39,901 nt of DNA, from IMG/VR virus record IMGVR_UViG_3300036821_000055, positions 1 through 39,901 of that record; one strand, written 5' to 3'. Origin of the DNA: a virus (taxonomy: Duplodnaviria; Caudoviricetes). Shown piece after piece: positions 26,290 through 34,539 of the stretch. Every line of letters starts with the position of its first letter. Position 1 is the stretch's first letter. The translations under genes were made by a program, and so were the position numbers. The notes beneath the pieces are model-generated. The model made no database searches, was not told the origin of the DNA, and saw only the letters and a program-made list of their open reading frames with translations.

Positions 26290-27898
26290 CGGTTTCCTTC
26301 CGCCACGCGTCCAGCGTGTCGTCGTCGGGCCACTCCCACACCGTGGGCGGCCCCGGGATGGGTGGCGGGTTGTTCAGCAGCCACGCCGCCCCGGCCACCG
26401 CGACCAGCGGGGCGGCGTCGACCGGGGAATTCCGCCGGGAAAAGAACCAGGCGTCCCCGGAGTTGGAGGACACGGTGGAGGCGGCGGCCCGGTCCAGCAC
26501 CGACGCGGGCCGGTGTTTGATGGCGCCGTTGACGATGCCGTCGTAGAACTCGCCCGCCCCGCTGGATAGTTGGGCCACCGGCGCGCCCCACTCCACCACA
26601 TCCACACCGGCGGCGCGCAGCTCGTCGATCATCGACGACGCCGGCGCCCCGGTGCGCTGCACGCACAGCCCGGCGAACTTGGTTTTGCGGGCCGCCACCC
26701 ATTCGGGCACCCAGTCGGTGCCCTTCGGCGGGGTTTTCAGGACTTCAACGTGAATCTTCCCGTCGGCGCGGCGTCCCGCCATCCCGATGTAGGCGCGGGT
26801 GCGGTGATAGTTGACGTCCAGGCAGATGTAGGCCGGCTCGTCGTCGGCGCGCGCCGACTCCTTGTCCACCGTGTCGGCCCACGCTTGGGCGGGGATGATG
26901 CCCGGCTGCAGTGAATCCACCCACTGGCACAGGTATTCGGTTTGGAAGCCGGCCATGTCCCCGGCTTCCATCGTTTCCAGCTTGCCCATCAGGTCATCAA
27001 GGCAGAAGTCGTTGAGCAGGCCGAGCGCGGGCTGCGCCAGATGCCAGTAGACGGGGTCGCGGGGATCCACGTCGTCGGGCACCGACCATTCGAAGAACCC
27101 GGTGCGGGTGTTGCCGGTGTGCCGGGTGACGATGGCCCGGATCGCGGTTTCCCGCACGCTGCGCAGCACCACACTGGTCAAATCACCGGCGTTGGAGGTG
27201 ACCAGCAGCTGGCTGCATGAGCGCACCGAGGTGGTCGGTTCGATGGCGCGCCACGCGTCCCACGTTTTGTGGGTGCGCAGCTCGTCGAGCCACGCGAAAT
27301 CCACCGGCAGGCTCCGGCCGCCTGAGGAGTTGGCGGTCACCGCCCGCCACAACCTTCGCCCGGTCAGGATGGCGCGGTGCTTGCCGTTGGTGACGGCGTG
27401 GTTGATCAGCTCCGGCGCCAGCAGCGGATGATCCCGCATCTCGTCGACGCAGTCTTTCAGGGTGGCTTCGGCGTATTCGAGGTTCTGCGCGGCGACGACG
27501 GCGAGTTTCGCGGCGGGCCAGTTGCGGTCGCCGTGACCGGCCTGGTCCATGAACAGCCGCCACAAGCCGAGCCCGCGGCCCCATTTGGTTTTCCCCTGCT
27601 GCCGCCCGACCAGCACGATCAGGGTGTGGAACCGGAACCCGGTGTTGTTGGCGCGTTTCTCCAAACCCCGGTAGTACAACCATTTCTGCCAGGGCAGCAG
27701 ATGCCAGCCCAGGATGACCTCGAGGAAGTAGCAGCACAGCGGACCCCAGGTGGTGTCGTCGGGGCGGTTGATGCCGTCGGCGGGGCCGGCCCTGATCCCG
27801 TATTCGGCGGTCGGGTCGGCGTGCTCCGGCAGTGGCGGGGTGAAAACCCGGGGCAGGGTGGACCCGATCCGGGGATCCAGTTCCAGGGCGGTGCTCAC
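26273..27898 (-). CDS. terL: Terminase large subunit
   Basis: LLPWQ, Walker A GRQQGKT, Walker B AWLDELR, TSNAG, FEWS, TEYLCQW and nuclease CLDV motifs. Confidence 0.95.
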   Translation of the reverse strand: MSTALELDPRIGSTLPRVFTPPLPEHADPTAEYGIRAGPADGINRPDDTTWGPLCCYFLEVILGWHLLPWQKWLYYRGLEKRANNTGFRFHTLIVLVGRQQGKTKWGRGLGLWRLFMDQAGHGDRNWPAAKLAVVAAQNLEYAEATLKDCVDEMRDHPLLAPELINHAVTNGKHRAILTGRRLWRAVTANSSGGRSLPVDFAWLDELRTHKTWDAWRAIEPTTSVRSCSQLLVTSNAGDLTSVVLRSVRETAIRAIVTRHTGNTRTGFFEWSVPDDVDPRDPVYWHLAQPALGLLNDFCLDDLMGKLETMEAGDMAGFQTEYLCQWVDSLQPGIIPAQAWADTVDKESARADDEPAYICLDVNYHRTRAYIGMAGRRADGKIHVEVLKTPPKGTDWVPEWVAARKTKFAGLCVQRTGAPASSMIDELRAAGVDVVEWGAPVAQLSSGAGEFYDGIVNGAIKHRPASVLDRAAASTVSSNSGDAWFFSRRNSPVDAAPLVAVAGAAWLLNNPPPIPGPPTVWEWPDDDTLDAWRKETDERFP

Positions 27899-28134
27899 CG
27901 GGGCCGCCCCAGCTTCGCCTCGACCAGCCAGCCCGGCGGCACCCGAAGCTCATAGGTCGGGTCGCCGAGGGACGCCCAGTGCAGGCCCGGGCGGGTGTCC
28001 GTGTCCGGACACCCGCAGGTGTGACCGAGGCGGCAGTCGATCGCGTCGGCGACGGCTTCGCTAATTAGCCGGCGCAGCGGTTTCGACAGCAGCCCGTACA
28101 GGGCTTCGGCGGCGTCGCACAATAACTTCCGCAC
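27895..28134 (-). CDS. Hypothetical protein, probably leaderless
   Basis: 79 aa; GTGA overlap with terL; GTG lies 6 nt after a putative -10. Confidence 0.6.
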   Translation of the reverse strand: MRKLLCDAAEALYGLLSKPLRRLISEAVADAIDCRLGHTCGCPDTDTRPGLHWASLGDPTYELRVPPGWLVEAKLGRPR

Positions 28135-28140
28135 GGGGTG

Positions 28141-28204
28141 ATCGTCCCGTGATGTTTACCGTGGCTAACTGCGACACGCCGCAAAATTAGTTCGCGACAC
28201 GCCG
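28141..28204 (-). promoter_or_regulatory. Putative late promoter GCGTGTC-N26-GACGAT with a tandem CGGCGTGTCGC repeat
   Basis: GCGACACGCCG direct repeat at 28171-28181 and 28194-28204 in an AT-richer intergenic gap. Confidence 0.55.
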
Positions 28205-28310
28205 AGCGAAATCCCACACCTCTGTATTGGCAATTATTTTCGGCTGCGTTTCACCGCGGCCACCAGGAAGATCAGCAGCACCGCCGCGGCGATCACCCCG
28301 ACCGCGAAGT

Positions 28311-28766
28311 TCATCCCGACATTTGATCACGTTGCGCGCGGTAACGGGCCAGCTCGTCAGCCGGCTCGGCCTGATCCAGTTCGTTGTCGCCCATCGGGGG
28401 CAGCGGGGACCGCGCATCCGCGTCGGCGAGCCCGTACACGTCGGCCTGTTCGCGCAGCAGCCGCCGGGTGACTTCGATGGCTTTCAGGTCGCCGTCGTTG
28501 ACGTGCTCGAACGCCGCCCGCACCAGCTGTTCCAGCCGGGCCAGGTAGATGATCATGGCGTTTTCGTTGCGCAGGACGTGGTCTTTGGTGGCGCGGTCCA
28601 GCTCGCGTTTGATGATGCCGTTCACGGTGCGCTCAGCCAGTTTGACTTGCGGGCGGGCGGCGATGGCGCGCTGGGGGTAGCCGGCCAGAAACAGGTTGAG
28701 GATCACCTGGTTGCGCGCTTCGCGCTGCGCGGCGGTGGTCGGGATGCGCCGCGGTTTACGGGCCAT
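28311..28766 (-). CDS. Probable terminase small subunit (N-terminal HTH)
   Basis: AGGAG RBS before ATG 28766; RNQVILNLFLAGYPQRAIA HTH, GDLKAIE...YGL, DELARYR; upstream of terL. Confidence 0.75.
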   Translation of the reverse strand: MARKPRRIPTTAAQREARNQVILNLFLAGYPQRAIAARPQVKLAERTVNGIIKRELDRATKDHVLRNENAMIIYLARLEQLVRAAFEHVNDGDLKAIEVTRRLLREQADVYGLADADARSPLPPMGDNELDQAEPADELARYRAQRDQMSG

Positions 28767-28777
28767 GATATTTCTCC

Positions 28778-29542
28778 TCACCGGCCGATCGGGAAGCCGT
28801 ACGTGCTCAGTGGGCGGCCCCCGGCTTCGCCCTCTTGGCGCAGCCGCAGAACTTCCCGCATCAGCCATTGTCGCCCGTTGGCGTTCTGATAGGGCGTCAT
28901 CAGCGCCTCGTTGCGGGTGATGTCGCGATCCCAGCCGGGGGAATCAGCTTTCGCGCCGCCGTAGCTGGCGGCGTTGGTGTTGTGCTCGAACGCGTACACC
29001 GGCCCGTGCAGCCGTTTGACCTGCGACAGGGTGGACACGATGGCGGTGAACGCGGTGTCCTCCCAGCCCCAGCCGATGAACTCGGGCGGCTGCCCGCCCA
29101 GGCGCCAGAACTCTCGGCGGGTGGTGATCAGGCAGCCGCCGACCCCGGCGATGCCGTCACCGTCCCAGGTGTTGAGGATCGGCACGCCCGCCAACCGCCG
29201 AAACGGGGTGTGCAGATACTCCGGTGAGATGATCCGGTACTGGTCGAACGGCCAGCACACCCCGCTCGGGTCGGCGACCGCGGCCCGCACATTACCGACT
29301 TCCGGCACCGTGTCCGCGTCGCAGATGACCACCACATCGGTTGTCGCCTGGTGCACCGCGTTGTTCCGGGCCTGCGCCAGCGAGAAGATTTCGGTGTCGG
29401 AGTCGGCGGTGATGACCGGCCAGCGGGGAAAGTATTGCGCCCAGAACTGCATCACCCTCTCGAACAGCGGAATCCGCGACGGCGACGCTCGCCACGGAAC
29501 ACACACACTTGCCCGGGGGCGTCTAGGCATCGTCGTCCTCAT
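28778..29542 (-). CDS. Glycosyltransferase (GT-A, GT2/GT7-like)
   Basis: VCVPWR, FSLAQARN, DxD motif VICDAD, GG..EFIGWGWED. Confidence 0.9.
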   Translation of the reverse strand: MRTTMPRRPRASVCVPWRASPSRIPLFERVMQFWAQYFPRWPVITADSDTEIFSLAQARNNAVHQATTDVVVICDADTVPEVGNVRAAVADPSGVCWPFDQYRIISPEYLHTPFRRLAGVPILNTWDGDGIAGVGGCLITTRREFWRLGGQPPEFIGWGWEDTAFTAIVSTLSQVKRLHGPVYAFEHNTNAASYGGAKADSPGWDRDITRNEALMTPYQNANGRQWLMREVLRLRQEGEAGGRPLSTYGFPIGR

Positions 29543-30170
29543 GCACGTATTTGAACCGTCCCGCCCCGGCCCGGGCCCGCCACACCGATCTGATGGTGGG
29601 CACGTGGACCAGCCTGTGCCCCGCCGCCATCAGCGCGAAGCACTCGTAGATGTCTGCACCCCAGTGCGCGTAGGCGCCGTTGGGGTAGGGGTGGGCGCGC
29701 AGCGCCTCAACGCGCGCCGCGAACACCCCGCCCTGGATGTGGATTTCGGGCAGCGACGCGTCGAAACCCATGTTGGTCGGCGGTCCGGCGCCGGCGATGG
29801 TGCCGGTCATGGCGACGGTGTCGTCGGCGAGCAGCGGGGCGATCAGGTCGGCCAGCCAGCTGCGGTCGTAGCTGTGCCCGTGGTTGGTGCACACATACGC
29901 CAGGTAGGGGCGGCTGGCGAGTTTGATCGCGACGTTCATCGCCGGCCCGAAGTACAGGTTCTCCCCGTTTTGCCAGCAGTAGTAGTGATGTTCGACGCGG
30001 CTGCGGGCCACCGCCTCGGCGAGCCAGTGACACGGCTGTTCGCTGTTGTCGATGACGATCAGCTCGGCGTCGAAGGCGCGCAGCGCGGGCATCAGGTCGC
30101 GGGTCAGCCGGATCAGCGCCTTGTACTCGTTGTTGTAGGCGATCATCACCGCGGAAACCCCGACCGTCAT
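29523..30170 (-). CDS. Glycosyltransferase family 2-like
   Basis: VSAVMIAYN, LIVIDNS, ENLYFGPAMN, WLADL, HIQGGVF, WGAD; the usual DxD site reads CTNH. Confidence 0.8.
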   Translation of the reverse strand: MTVGVSAVMIAYNNEYKALIRLTRDLMPALRAFDAELIVIDNSEQPCHWLAEAVARSRVEHHYYCWQNGENLYFGPAMNVAIKLASRPYLAYVCTNHGHSYDRSWLADLIAPLLADDTVAMTGTIAGAGPPTNMGFDASLPEIHIQGGVFAARVEALRAHPYPNGAYAHWGADIYECFALMAAGHRLVHVPTIRSVWRARAGAGRFKYVHEDDDA

Positions 30171-30688
30171 TTGACCGCCAGCGCGTAGATGTCGGTGGGC
30201 ATGTAGGTGTAGATCGTGCGGTCCCCGAACGGCCCCAGCCACGTGTTCAGCTCCTCGGGGCTCACGTTGCGGTAGAACTCGCCGGCACGCAGCACCCCGC
30301 CGTCAACCGCCGAATGCGGCGCACGGCCGGTCGTGGCGGTGGTCACGATGAACACCCCGCCCGGTGCCAGCAGCCGGTGCGCGTTGGCGCAGATCGCGCC
30401 GGCCTCGTCGGTGTGCTCCAGCGTCTCGCAGCACACCACGGTGTCGACCGGTGTGAACGGCAGCCAGTCCAGCACCTTGGGGAAGTTCGCGGCGTCGGCG
30501 ATCACATCGACGTTCGGGCCCTCGGCGATGTCCACCCCGAGGTAGCGGGCGTCACCGAACAGTGGGCGCACCGGCCCCGAATACGGCCAGTTCCCGGCCA
30601 CCGTGCGGGCGCCGAGCTCGACCACCGACTGCCGCGGCGGCAGCCCCCGCACCGTGGATTCGACGAACTTGTATGCGCCCTCATGCAT
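30167..30688 (-). CDS. Class I SAM-dependent methyltransferase
   Basis: VVELGAR, YLGVDI..GPNVD, DTVVCCETLEH and LAPGGVFIVT motifs. Confidence 0.92.
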   Translation of the reverse strand: MHEGAYKFVESTVRGLPPRQSVVELGARTVAGNWPYSGPVRPLFGDARYLGVDIAEGPNVDVIADAANFPKVLDWLPFTPVDTVVCCETLEHTDEAGAICANAHRLLAPGGVFIVTTATTGRAPHSAVDGGVLRAGEFYRNVSPEELNTWLGPFGDRTIYTYMPTDIYALAVK

Positions 30689-30689
30689 G

Positions 30690-30932
30690 TCAGCGCCCGA
30701 CTACCCGGGCGGCGCCGCAGAACACGCAGCCGCCCTCGGCGAGGAATTCGTGCGGGCATTCGGCGCTGACCGGGGTGGGGATCAGGCCGCGGTAGCTCTC
30801 GCAGCGGCATCGCCTAAACCCGGTGTAGGTTTCCTCCATCTGCGACCAGTCGGTCAGAATCCGCACCCGGCATCCCCGGTCGGTGTGCAGGTTGTGCTGG
30901 TTGACGTCGTGCCCGCAGTTCAGGCATTTCAC
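30690..30932 (-). CDS. Cys/His-rich small protein, probably leaderless
   Basis: CLNCGH...H...C, CRC, CPH...CVFC; GTG lies 7 nt after a putative -10. Confidence 0.7.
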   Translation of the reverse strand: MKCLNCGHDVNQHNLHTDRGCRVRILTDWSQMEETYTGFRRCRCESYRGLIPTPVSAECPHEFLAEGGCVFCGAARVVGR

Positions 30933-30939
30933 GAGGTTT

Positions 30940-30978
30940 ATTGTCGGCCCGACCCGCGCGCCGACCTCGGCGACACGC
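30940..30978 (-). promoter_or_regulatory. Putative late promoter GCGTGTC-N26-GACAAT
   Basis: Fills the short intergenic gap ahead of the methyltransferase-GT-GT-terS operon. Confidence 0.6.
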
Positions 30979-31182
30979 TTACGTCAGTGGCCCGCTGCGG
31001 CAATCCATAGCTAGCCGGTGGCCTAGCCAGAGCATCCCTTGGCAGGTGCAGGGGTTGTCCGCTTCCCGTGGAAAATGGCACTTCATACCGTGATGGCGGG
31101 CGGCGAAGTGACCGCAATCGTCACAGATGCCGCCAGGACCGGTGTCTTGCAAACTAGCTACAGCTTCGGCGGTCGTGGTCAT
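30979..31182 (-). CDS. Small Cys/His zinc-binding-like protein
   Basis: ATGA-coupled start at 31182; CDDCGH...H...C...CTC. Confidence 0.7.
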   Translation of the reverse strand: MTTTAEAVASLQDTGPGGICDDCGHFAARHHGMKCHFPREADNPCTCQGMLWLGHRLAMDCRSGPLT

Positions 31183-31385
31183 TTTTCGGTTTCGATCGTC
31201 CCGAACGCCGGGAAGCTCGGCTTGTTCTGCCGTGCCGTCTCGGCCAGCACGTACTGGTAGTGTTCGCAGTCCGGGGAGCACGGCTGAAACATGAACGCGT
31301 CGTTGCCCATCCAGTCCACGCCGATCGCCATTTCGCAGCCGCAGGGCAGCTTCTCGTGGTTACGGACTTCTTTGAACGTTTTCAT
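31179..31385 (-). CDS. Hypothetical protein
   Basis: 68 aa; LPCGC...PCSPDC. Confidence 0.7.
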   Translation of the reverse strand: MKTFKEVRNHEKLPCGCEMAIGVDWMGNDAFMFQPCSPDCEHYQYVLAETARQNKPSFPAFGTIETEK

Positions 31386-31815
31386 TCTTACTGCGCTCTT
31401 TCATCGCGGCTAAAAACTTGCGGACCTGATCCTCGCGTTTGCGTTTCATGCAATCCGCGCAAAGATCCCCCACGGTCGGCCGCCAGCACGACTGACAGTC
31501 ACTCAGCGGCAGCGGGGTGTACGTCCACGACGTGAAGTCGTCCGGGGTGTAGGTCCGCGTGAACAATGGTGGGTGGGGCGGCTCACCCACCGGCATCGGG
31601 TCACCGAGGGCAGGCACCGAGTAGGGCCGCGGCGGCAACCAGATCGGCTGATCCCGGACCAGCGGCGAGTAATCGGCCGGTTCCTGCGTCCATTCGTTGA
31701 ACCGGGACAATCCCCGCCGCACCCTGCGACGGGTCTCAGGAGCGACCCACCACACGGTGACCGCCGCCTCCACCGCCAGCACCAGCCACTGCCACCACCA
31801 CCCGTGCCACGTCAC
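31360..31815 (-). CDS. Membrane-anchored protein with a C-terminal CxxC pair
   Basis: GTGA-coupled start at 31815; Trp-rich hydrophobic N-terminus; CQSC...CADC. Confidence 0.65.
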   Translation of the reverse strand: MTWHGWWWQWLVLAVEAAVTVWWVAPETRRRVRRGLSRFNEWTQEPADYSPLVRDQPIWLPPRPYSVPALGDPMPVGEPPHPPLFTRTYTPDDFTSWTYTPLPLSDCQSCWRPTVGDLCADCMKRKREDQVRKFLAAMKERSKNENVQRSP

Positions 31816-32477
31816 GGCTGACTCCACTCGTTGCAGTGTCCCAGCGGCACCGCCGGGGTGTCCCAGTTCTCCCGCGTCCCGTAACTCCACGCCCGCCGGA
31901 TGCTGCGCGGCTGCCCGGGCGGATGCCCGATCGGTTCGGCGTCGGCGTGGTTGACCAGCGACGGCACCGTGTAGCAGATTTTCACGCCCCAGTCCTGCGC
32001 CCAGCGGGAGATCCGCAGCGGCAGTTCGCCCATGCGCGCCGTGATGGTGGGCAGCATGTCGGCGATCAGGCTGGTGCGGATGACGTAGCCGACCGACCCG
32101 ATCAGGCAGTCCGCGGTGATCCACGCGTAGTTGTGCCGGGCCGCCACAATGGTCGCCGCCCGGATCTGGCGCTGCGGCTGACCGGACGGGTTCCCGGTGC
32201 CCAGATACAAGCCCACAATCAAGCCCGGCGTGTGCGCCAGGGCGTGTTTCACATGAAACCGGAAGTCGTCGACCGGTTCGGCGTCGTCCTCGAGGATCAC
32301 GCACCAGTCGAAGCCGGTCAGCGCGAGTGTTCGCAGCACCCGCAGGTGGTTGCCCTCGCATCCCAGGGTGCCGTTGTCGAAGCTGACCAGGTTCGCGTTC
32401 ACGTCGACCCGCTCGGCGAGCTCGTTCGCCGCCTTGCGGCGGGACTCGTGGGCGACCACGGCGACACCGATACTCAC
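31812..32477 (-). CDS. Glycosyltransferase (mycobacteriophage GT-A type)
   Basis: VVAH..R, LGCEGNH, ILEDDA, LYLG and YTVPSLVNHAD motifs. Confidence 0.85.
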   Translation of the reverse strand: MSIGVAVVAHESRRKAANELAERVDVNANLVSFDNGTLGCEGNHLRVLRTLALTGFDWCVILEDDAEPVDDFRFHVKHALAHTPGLIVGLYLGTGNPSGQPQRQIRAATIVAARHNYAWITADCLIGSVGYVIRTSLIADMLPTITARMGELPLRISRWAQDWGVKICYTVPSLVNHADAEPIGHPPGQPRSIRRAWSYGTRENWDTPAVPLGHCNEWSQP

Positions 32478-32483
32478 GGTCGG

Positions 32484-32777
32484 TCATTCTGCGTGCCGGT
32501 CGGCGAACACATGCCAGATCAGTCCCGACGGGGTGACGACGGTGCCGATGAAATCCATCCCCATCGGGCCGGGATCGGGCATCGGGTTGCCGGTGCCGAC
32601 GACGTAGATCGTGCGGGTGATGTCCTGCGCGCCCGTCCTCGCTACCGTCCACAGGTCGATGCCGTGATCGGGCACTTCGCGGGACTGCGCCACCGACAGG
32701 ATGCGTCCCGGCGCGGGCACTTCGAGGTACTGCAGATCGGTGATGCCGATCGACCAGCGCAGAATACGTGATGTCAC
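32484..32777 (-). CDS. Conserved small phage protein (DUF7352-like)
   Basis: GTGA-coupled; ILSV...LW...R.IYVVGTG...FIGTV...WHVF pattern recognised from memory. Confidence 0.65.
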   Translation of the reverse strand: MTSRILRWSIGITDLQYLEVPAPGRILSVAQSREVPDHGIDLWTVARTGAQDITRTIYVVGTGNPMPDPGPMGMDFIGTVVTPSGLIWHVFADRHAE

Positions 32778-33412
32778 GCCGCCACCGCCGCCGGGGGACG
32801 CCGCCCTTGATGCACGTTGGCGACCCGGCAGAACGCGCGCTCGTCGGTCATCAGCGCCAGCAGCTGGCTCAAATGCACATCGGCCTCCGGCAGCCAGGTG
32901 CTGTACATGTCGGGGTGCGCGCACAACCGGCCGCCCACCGTGCCGTCCGGTTTGATCCACTCGATGTTGCCCGCCACGCCCCGGTTGACCCGGTACAGGG
33001 TGCCGTGCGAGCCGATTATCTCGAAGCTGCCGACCAGCCGGTAACGCTGCACCTGCTCGGGCGGCAGCATCGATTCGAGCAGCGCGGCGGCGCGGTCCTG
33101 GGCGGCGGTGCGGGCCACCGCACGCTCATCACGTGCGGCGCGCAACGCTTCAGCCCCCGGCCCGGCCCGGCCGCCGCCCGCCCCACCATCGCTGATCGTA
33201 ACGCCGCCGCCCCAGGTCAGCGGCAGGCCGTTGTAGGTCATCACGTGCCACCCGCCGTCACCACCGCTGCCGCTCGTGTTGTTCGACGTCCACCGATTCT
33301 CGCGAGGCCACCAATCGGAGGTGGTGGTGGAGGTCAGCCACGTCGCCGACACCACGTACTGGTGCTCCCAATCGTCGTTGATGACATTGCCGCCCCAGTC
33401 GTGGATCGGCAT
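32774..33412 (-). CDS. Hypothetical protein, partner of the GG-terminated protein; single core Cys in LCAHP
   Basis: TAATG coupling to the upstream gene; Trp/Thr-rich low-complexity N-terminus, then a compact domain GSHGTLYRV...GNI...LCAHP...D..LSQLLAL.TDE. Confidence 0.8.
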   Translation of the reverse strand: MPIHDWGGNVINDDWEHQYVVSATWLTSTTTSDWWPRENRWTSNNTSGSGGDGGWHVMTYNGLPLTWGGGVTISDGGAGGGRAGPGAEALRAARDERAVARTAAQDRAAALLESMLPPEQVQRYRLVGSFEIIGSHGTLYRVNRGVAGNIEWIKPDGTVGGRLCAHPDMYSTWLPEADVHLSQLLALMTDERAFCRVANVHQGRRPPAAVAA

Positions 33413-33642
33413 TAGCCACCGACGGTCTGCCGGGTGGCGATGATCCGCTCCGCGTGCGGGTCGAACTCGCGCAGCTGCTCGGCGCGTGACCCGTCGGCGC
33501 GGGTCTTGTAGATCAGCATCTTCTTGTCCTTGGCGGCCTTGAACGCCTTACGGGCCATCTCAACCTCGTCGGGATCGCTCGGGTTCCACTCGATGCGGGT
33601 GTCACCGGTCCCGTCCAGCACAGACAGCGAATTGGTCATCAT
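33412..33642 (-). CDS. 76-aa protein ending in Gly-Gly; possible beta-grasp / ubiquitin-like
   Basis: Strong AAGGAAAGGA RBS; ends RQTVGG-stop; fold inferred from the sequence pattern only. Confidence 0.7.
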   Translation of the reverse strand: MMTNSLSVLDGTGDTRIEWNPSDPDEVEMARKAFKAAKDKKMLIYKTRADGSRAEQLREFDPHAERIIATRQTVGG

Positions 33643-33889
33643 TTTCCTTTCCTTGGCGCGCGATTTCCTCTTTCCAGGCCGCCAGCGCGGCATCAACTTC
33701 GGTCTTGCCCGTCTCGGCTTTGAACAGATCGGCGAGCATGTGGAACATCTCCTGCCGGTCCAGCGCCTCGACCGTCTCGTCCTCGATGTCGGGCGGGTCC
33801 GGCACGTTGGTGCCGCCCTTGACCACCTGCAGAATCCCCATCGCCCCGGCGGCGATCGCCATCACGTCACCCACGTAGTCGTCCTTCAT
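33602..33889 (-). CDS. Hypothetical protein
   Basis: AGGGG RBS before ATG 33889; 95 aa. Confidence 0.65.
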   Translation of the reverse strand: MKDDYVGDVMAIAAGAMGILQVVKGGTNVPDPPDIEDETVEALDRQEMFHMLADLFKAETGKTEVDAALAAWKEEIARQGKENDDQFAVCAGRDR

Positions 33890-33982
33890 GAACCGCCCCT
33901 TTTTCCCTCGTAGCCGTATCAATGTGGTTTCCCCTTCCCCGTTATTTTCCCTGCGCGGCGCGCAGAAGTTCCACAACAGCCC

Positions 33983-34174
33983 TCATGACCATGTCTTCCC
34001 GCAGTTGCACTCGTAATGCGGGTCGGGCCGCTGGAAGGTGTCCTGCTTGAACACGTTGATCAGCGGCTTACCCGCTTTGTCCCTGAACACCGTGTCGGGC
34101 CACAACCGCGGGTGATAGACGACGTAGTGCCCCTTGACGTACTGGTGCCACAACCGGTCAACGAAGCCGATCAT
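33983..34174 (-). CDS. Hypothetical protein
   Basis: 63 aa, ATGA-coupled; H...CNCGKTW. Confidence 0.65.
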   Translation of the reverse strand: MIGFVDRLWHQYVKGHYVVYHPRLWPDTVFRDKAGKPLINVFKQDTFQRPDPHYECNCGKTWS

Positions 34175-34539
34175 GACAGTAACGCCGCCGCGCGGCGCGC
34201 GATCTCGTCGGGACCGACCGGGGTGTTGGGGCGGTGCGGGTCATCGAAGCAGACACCGCCGACTTTGAACCATTCGCGGCGCTCATGGTCCTCGCACTCC
34301 CGCAGGATGACGTCGCTGATCACCCGGTAGAAGTCACGCTCACCCAGGCCGGGCGGCACCGTGTAGGAACCGTCCACGGTGGCAACGTATTCGGTGCCCT
34401 GCCGATCACCGCGGCGCTGCCAACCCCAGGCGTCGGCGTAGGTGAAGTGGATGCCGAAAACGCGGCCGTGCATGCTCAGGTGGTAACCGGGTTTGTAGCT
34501 GGCCTGCGCCAGCCAGTCCCGGTAGTTGGTGTCGGTCAT
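34171..34539 (-). CDS. Conserved phage hypothetical protein
   Basis: ATGA-coupled start at 34539; YKPGY...E.HE.REWF..GG...DPH. Confidence 0.75.
   Translation of the reverse strand: MTDTNYRDWLAQASYKPGYHLSMHGRVFGIHFTYADAWGWQRRGDRQGTEYVATVDGSYTVPPGLGERDFYRVISDVILRECEDHERREWFKVGGVCFDDPHRPNTPVGPDEIARRAAALLS

Noticed and set aside
30941-30963. TTGTCGG as a second PafBC site
   Set aside because: No TANNNT at the required spacing and no plus-strand gene follows
31360-32652. 430-aa minus-strand ORF
   Set aside because: Its N-terminal part overlaps the glycosyltransferase in another frame; the real start is probably GTG 31815
33412-33642. Pup homolog
   Set aside because: Pup ends in GGQ/GGE and is disordered; this protein ends in GG and looks folded
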